From a virus (lineage: Duplodnaviria; Caudoviricetes): DNA of 55,868 nt. Below are positions 52,639-55,868 of the stretch, one piece after another. The notes beneath the pieces are model-generated. The model had not been told where the DNA came from. It made no database searches and saw nothing but the letters and a program-made list of their open reading frames with translations. The stretch's first letter is position 1; each line of letters begins with the position of its first letter. Position numbers and translations under genes: made by a program. Location: positions 1 to 55,868 of the IMG/VR virus record IMGVR_UViG_3300036781_000517; one strand, given 5' to 3'.

Positions 52639-53354
52639 GAGGAATCACCCCACCATCCGCCGGCCTGCAATCGCCCCAGGTCCTGCGCGCCGCGCACGAC
52701 AGTCTGGCGAGAGCGCTCGGCGAAACCTGCCAGGCCATGGAGCTCTGCGGGGACGTCCGCCGCGGCGAGCCGGCCCGCGAGATCGTGAGCCTGATTGTCC
52801 CGGCGATCGCCAGCAGCCGGGAGACCGTCGCAGAGCGAATCAGCGGCCTCGGGCCGTGTCTGTCGGGACGGCCCCAGGAACCGATCGTGCTCAAGTGGCA
52901 GGGCCAGCTCTGCCAGCTCTATTTCGCCGACCTGGACAACTGGGGCCTGCGATTCGCCGAATTGACCGGCCCGGCCGGCTACTGGTCCATGCTCGCACAT
53001 CGCCTCTGCGCCGCCGCCACGCTGCGACTGCACGACGGCCGCGCGTGCTGGATTGAGCGTCGTGGTGATCGCTGTGAGCTCCACGCGATCGCCTGCCCGT
53101 CCGAGCGGGATTTCTTCCGCCTGTGCCGCACCCCGTACGTCGCGCCGCACCTGCGCTTCGAGACTGGCAAGCGGCCGTGGCGCAAGGGCATGGGCCCGGA
53201 GTGGTATCCCGACTTCGTCCCTTACGCGCCGTCGCACCCGCCGCTGTTTCGCAAGCGACGCGCGGTCCTCGGTACACAACCGTCCCGTCGGGTCGAGCCA
53301 GATGGCTCCGGCCGGCCCGATGGGATTTTTCCCCAACCTCAAACCGAAAGGTGA
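52635..53354 (+). CDS. family X DNA polymerase-like protein, probably inactive
   Basis: CGDVRRG, NWG...TGPA, SERDFFRL...YVAP..R. Confidence 0.75.
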   Translation: MRGITPPSAGLQSPQVLRAAHDSLARALGETCQAMELCGDVRRGEPAREIVSLIVPAIASSRETVAERISGLGPCLSGRPQEPIVLKWQGQLCQLYFADLDNWGLRFAELTGPAGYWSMLAHRLCAAATLRLHDGRACWIERRGDRCELHAIACPSERDFFRLCRTPYVAPHLRFETGKRPWRKGMGPEWYPDFVPYAPSHPPLFRKRRAVLGTQPSRRVEPDGSGRPDGIFPQPQTER

Positions 53355-53359
53355 TTTTC

Positions 53360-55510
53360 ATGGCGTCGACGAAATCAAAGACTTCCAAGCCCACGTCCGC
53401 CGACTCAGCCCGCAAAGCGCTAAATGAAATCCGCAACCTCCAATGGCAGGCGCAGGAGATCGATTCGATTGCTCGGCGAGGCGTCGACAAGGCACGCAAG
53501 GCGCTTGCGGAAGCCGAAGCGCATCAAGCCTTCATCGCCGGGCAACTCTCGAAGTTACCGAATGCGACGCTCGCTCAGGCAAGGAAGGTCCTCGACGCCA
53601 AGGCCACCGACGTGGAGCTGCTCAAGCTTGTCCGCGCCTGCAAGCAGGCGCCGTGGGCGAAGCTTCAACGCGATGGCGCCAGTGACGATCAGATCACCAC
53701 GATTCTGAAAGTCGGCTGGCCTCAATACACGTACAGCGACCGGCAGACCCGATGCGAGGCCGAAGGGCCGCGCGTCTGGATCCGGAACACGAGCCACGCG
53801 CCAACCTTCTCGGGCAAGGCACTGATCGCCGAGGTCCGCCGGGTGATGGAGATCCCTCAGCCCAAGGCCACCCCCGCACCCAAGCCGCCGGCGAAGAAGA
53901 AACCCGATGGCGGCAAGAAGGGGCCGACGGGGCCGGCACTCGCCGAGGCGAAAGCCCCGGCGTCACCGGCTCCGAAGGCGAAGAGCAAGGCCGCCAAGAA
54001 GCCAGCGGCGAAGGTCGGCGCCGCCGCGGCCGCCGATGCGCATAGGGCGGTCGTTGCCAAGGGTGGCACGCTCGAAGAGGCACTCGACGCCGGCATGAAG
54101 CTGCTGCTGGTCCGGCCGGGCCAAACCTACACGCCCGACCAGCTCGGCCTCGCCGACGAGGACCTGGAGGCGTCTATGCCACCGGTCGAGCTGGGCGGAC
54201 TCGCTGGCAACCATCCTGACGATGAGCGCGGCGGCAACATTGGCCGGCCGCTGACCGCCGACGGCATAAAGTGGGCAGTGATCGACGCGTCGCAGCAGAC
54301 GGGGTCGATCACCTACACGCTCCAGCCTTTGCACACCCCAGACAAACCGCCGGCCGGGGTGCAGATCGAGACCTGGCAAAAGCGCCGCAGCCGCCACGCG
54401 AACAAGCCTCCGGAGGATGTGCCTCTCGCCGGCGTCAACGTTTTCGATCGCTCGTCCCTCACGGACTGGATCCTCGGACACGACGATCGGCGGATTTACT
54501 GCAAAGTGAGCAAAGCCGCCGCCGGCGTGATCGGAGATCCCGCGGCATGGGCGGACACGTTCGACGCGAACGTCAACGAGCACGGCGTGTACGTCCGTGG
54601 TATCCGCACGATCAACGTGCCGGGGATCGCGAAGAGCCACAAGCGCACCTGGGCGAAGATCAGAGTCGCCAAGGACGCGGACGGTTACCGCGCGGGCCAC
54701 GACTTTGGACTGAACTACGCCGGCAGTTCCGGCGATCCTTCGATCAGCAGCCGAGCCTTTGCCAGTGAAGCCGAGGCTGTCCGATCCGTCGCCGAAAGCG
54801 CACTCCAGTGGTTCGCTGGAAAGCGATCGCACGGCGCAAAAGCGGAGAAGGCCGCCGCGATCGCTGCAGCCGCCGCCGTGCAGGACTTTCTTGATCACAA
54901 CCCCGCCGCGCAACCAGCGGCCAAGAAATCCGGCGCCGCCGTTGTCGATCGCCTCATCAGCGAATCCGAGGCGAGGGTGAAGAAGGAAGGCACGACGGCG
55001 TGGGCCAAGGCCGAAGGCTTTGGAGACGTCTCGACCGTCCGCGCCAAGAAGATCGCAAGCCTGCCGGCGGACAAACGCCACCTGATGAAGGACCAGCGGG
55101 TGAACGACGCCGGAGAATTCACCGAATTCGACGGGCATCTGATCAGGTGCGACGCCGGCAGGATTGCGCTTTGCGTGGTACAGGACGGGTCCGGGAGATG
55201 GCACAGTGGATTCAAGCTGCACTGGGAAAGCAGTCGGCTTACGGAGACATATCGCGCTCCGACCGTCGAAGACGGTTGCGGTTCGCGCGAGCTGGCGTTG
55301 AAGGTTTCGTCCGCGTGGGCAGAGGAGGAAATCCTCAAGACCAATGCGGGCGGATCGGGCCACCTCGCCACACTGGACGAGCAGGACGTCCATGCGATGC
55401 GTGAGGCGCTGAAGCGAGCGCGGTCCAAGGGCTTCAAAGACGACACCCAACCGGCCAAGAAACTCAACGGCGCCGGCGACAGCACGCTCGCGGCCGTGGC
55501 GTTCGCGTGA
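53360..55510 (+). CDS. large multi-domain hypothetical protein
   Basis: 716 aa; AAGGTG RBS; Lys/Ala/Pro-rich linkers. Confidence 0.8.
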   Translation: MASTKSKTSKPTSADSARKALNEIRNLQWQAQEIDSIARRGVDKARKALAEAEAHQAFIAGQLSKLPNATLAQARKVLDAKATDVELLKLVRACKQAPWAKLQRDGASDDQITTILKVGWPQYTYSDRQTRCEAEGPRVWIRNTSHAPTFSGKALIAEVRRVMEIPQPKATPAPKPPAKKKPDGGKKGPTGPALAEAKAPASPAPKAKSKAAKKPAAKVGAAAAADAHRAVVAKGGTLEEALDAGMKLLLVRPGQTYTPDQLGLADEDLEASMPPVELGGLAGNHPDDERGGNIGRPLTADGIKWAVIDASQQTGSITYTLQPLHTPDKPPAGVQIETWQKRRSRHANKPPEDVPLAGVNVFDRSSLTDWILGHDDRRIYCKVSKAAAGVIGDPAAWADTFDANVNEHGVYVRGIRTINVPGIAKSHKRTWAKIRVAKDADGYRAGHDFGLNYAGSSGDPSISSRAFASEAEAVRSVAESALQWFAGKRSHGAKAEKAAAIAAAAAVQDFLDHNPAAQPAAKKSGAAVVDRLISESEARVKKEGTTAWAKAEGFGDVSTVRAKKIASLPADKRHLMKDQRVNDAGEFTEFDGHLIRCDAGRIALCVVQDGSGRWHSGFKLHWESSRLTETYRAPTVEDGCGSRELALKVSSAWAEEEILKTNAGGSGHLATLDEQDVHAMREALKRARSKGFKDDTQPAKKLNGAGDSTLAAVAFA

Positions 55511-55520
55511 AGGGGGATCC

Positions 55521-55781
55521 ATGTGGACGTTCGAGCTCGGGCAATCCATCAACTGGCCACCGGCGCCCATGGCACTCGCGCAGGTCGTCGAGCTGCGACG
55601 CTCGCGGGTGCGCGTCCTGTACCGCTGCCGGACGGGCCGCGTTCGCCAGCCGCTGGTACCAGCAAGGGACCTGGCGGCGCTTCAAGAGATCGAGCCGCCC
55701 CTCCCGCTTCCGAACGCCATGGACCGCGCGGCCATGCGCGGGCGCAAGACGTTCGTTGCGAGGGGGGGGGGGCAGGACTGA
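55521..55781 (+). CDS. hypothetical protein ending in a G tract
   Basis: AGGGGG RBS; C-terminus set by tract length. Confidence 0.7.
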   Translation: MWTFELGQSINWPPAPMALAQVVELRRSRVRVLYRCRTGRVRQPLVPARDLAALQEIEPPLPLPNAMDRAAMRGRKTFVARGGGQD

Positions 55782-55868
55782 TGCCGTATTGGAAGGAGCA
55801 AATCGATGAAGACGTGCGAGATGTGCGGTTGCACGGACAACCGGGCGTGCGACGGCGGGTGTTTCTGG
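55758..55868. repeat. Terminal overlap, copy 2
   Basis: Repeat of 1-112. Confidence 0.97.

Noticed and set aside
55758-55868. Terminal repeat as a biological direct terminal repeat
   Set aside because: It falls within early genes and begins at a homopolymer; HNH plus P27 terS points to cos ends near 34.9 kb, so this is most likely assembly overlap
1-55868. Frequent GCGATCGC/CGATCG (HIP1-like) sites
   Set aside because: Plausibly explained by Ala-Ile-Ala codons at high GC; a codon-controlled count is needed and I could not run one

Overview
The window is a complete, circularly assembled genome of about 55.76 kb from a GC-rich temperate siphovirus; bases 1-112 recur at 55758-55868 apart from one G. 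The minus strand (about 42160 down to 8473) carries a late operon: a lysis-like cassette, HNH/cos region, ParB plus methyltransferase, terS, terL, HK97 portal, protease and capsid, head-tail genes, two tail tube paralogues, a frameshifting tail chaperone, tape measure and three distal tail genes. Four plus-strand cassettes interrupt this operon. The plus strand (42312 to 55781, then 50 to 8436) carries the early arm: RHH regulators, xis, tyrosine integrase, replication initiator, a degenerate PolX, a J-domain protein and a small adenine methyltransferase. A Planctomycetota (Phycisphaerae-like) host is suggested by protein style only and is an inference. The most interesting observations are: (1) an antisense tail-tube-like gene with a metal-binding insert beside the real tube genes, possibly a tail-assembly decoy; (2) seven 7-6-7 palindromes before, inside and at the end of a TRD-less adenine methyltransferase; (3) attP (3' part of tRNA-Arg-CCG) inside the integrase ORF, so integration would disconnect replication genes from their promoters in a phage with no visible CI; (4) a tRNA-like element with a 5-nt anticodon loop upstream of the capsid gene; (5) an anti-SD-like sRNA; (6) a promoter shared by two envelope morons; (7) three long G tracts in ORFs. 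All protein calls come from motif recognition by eye, without database searches.
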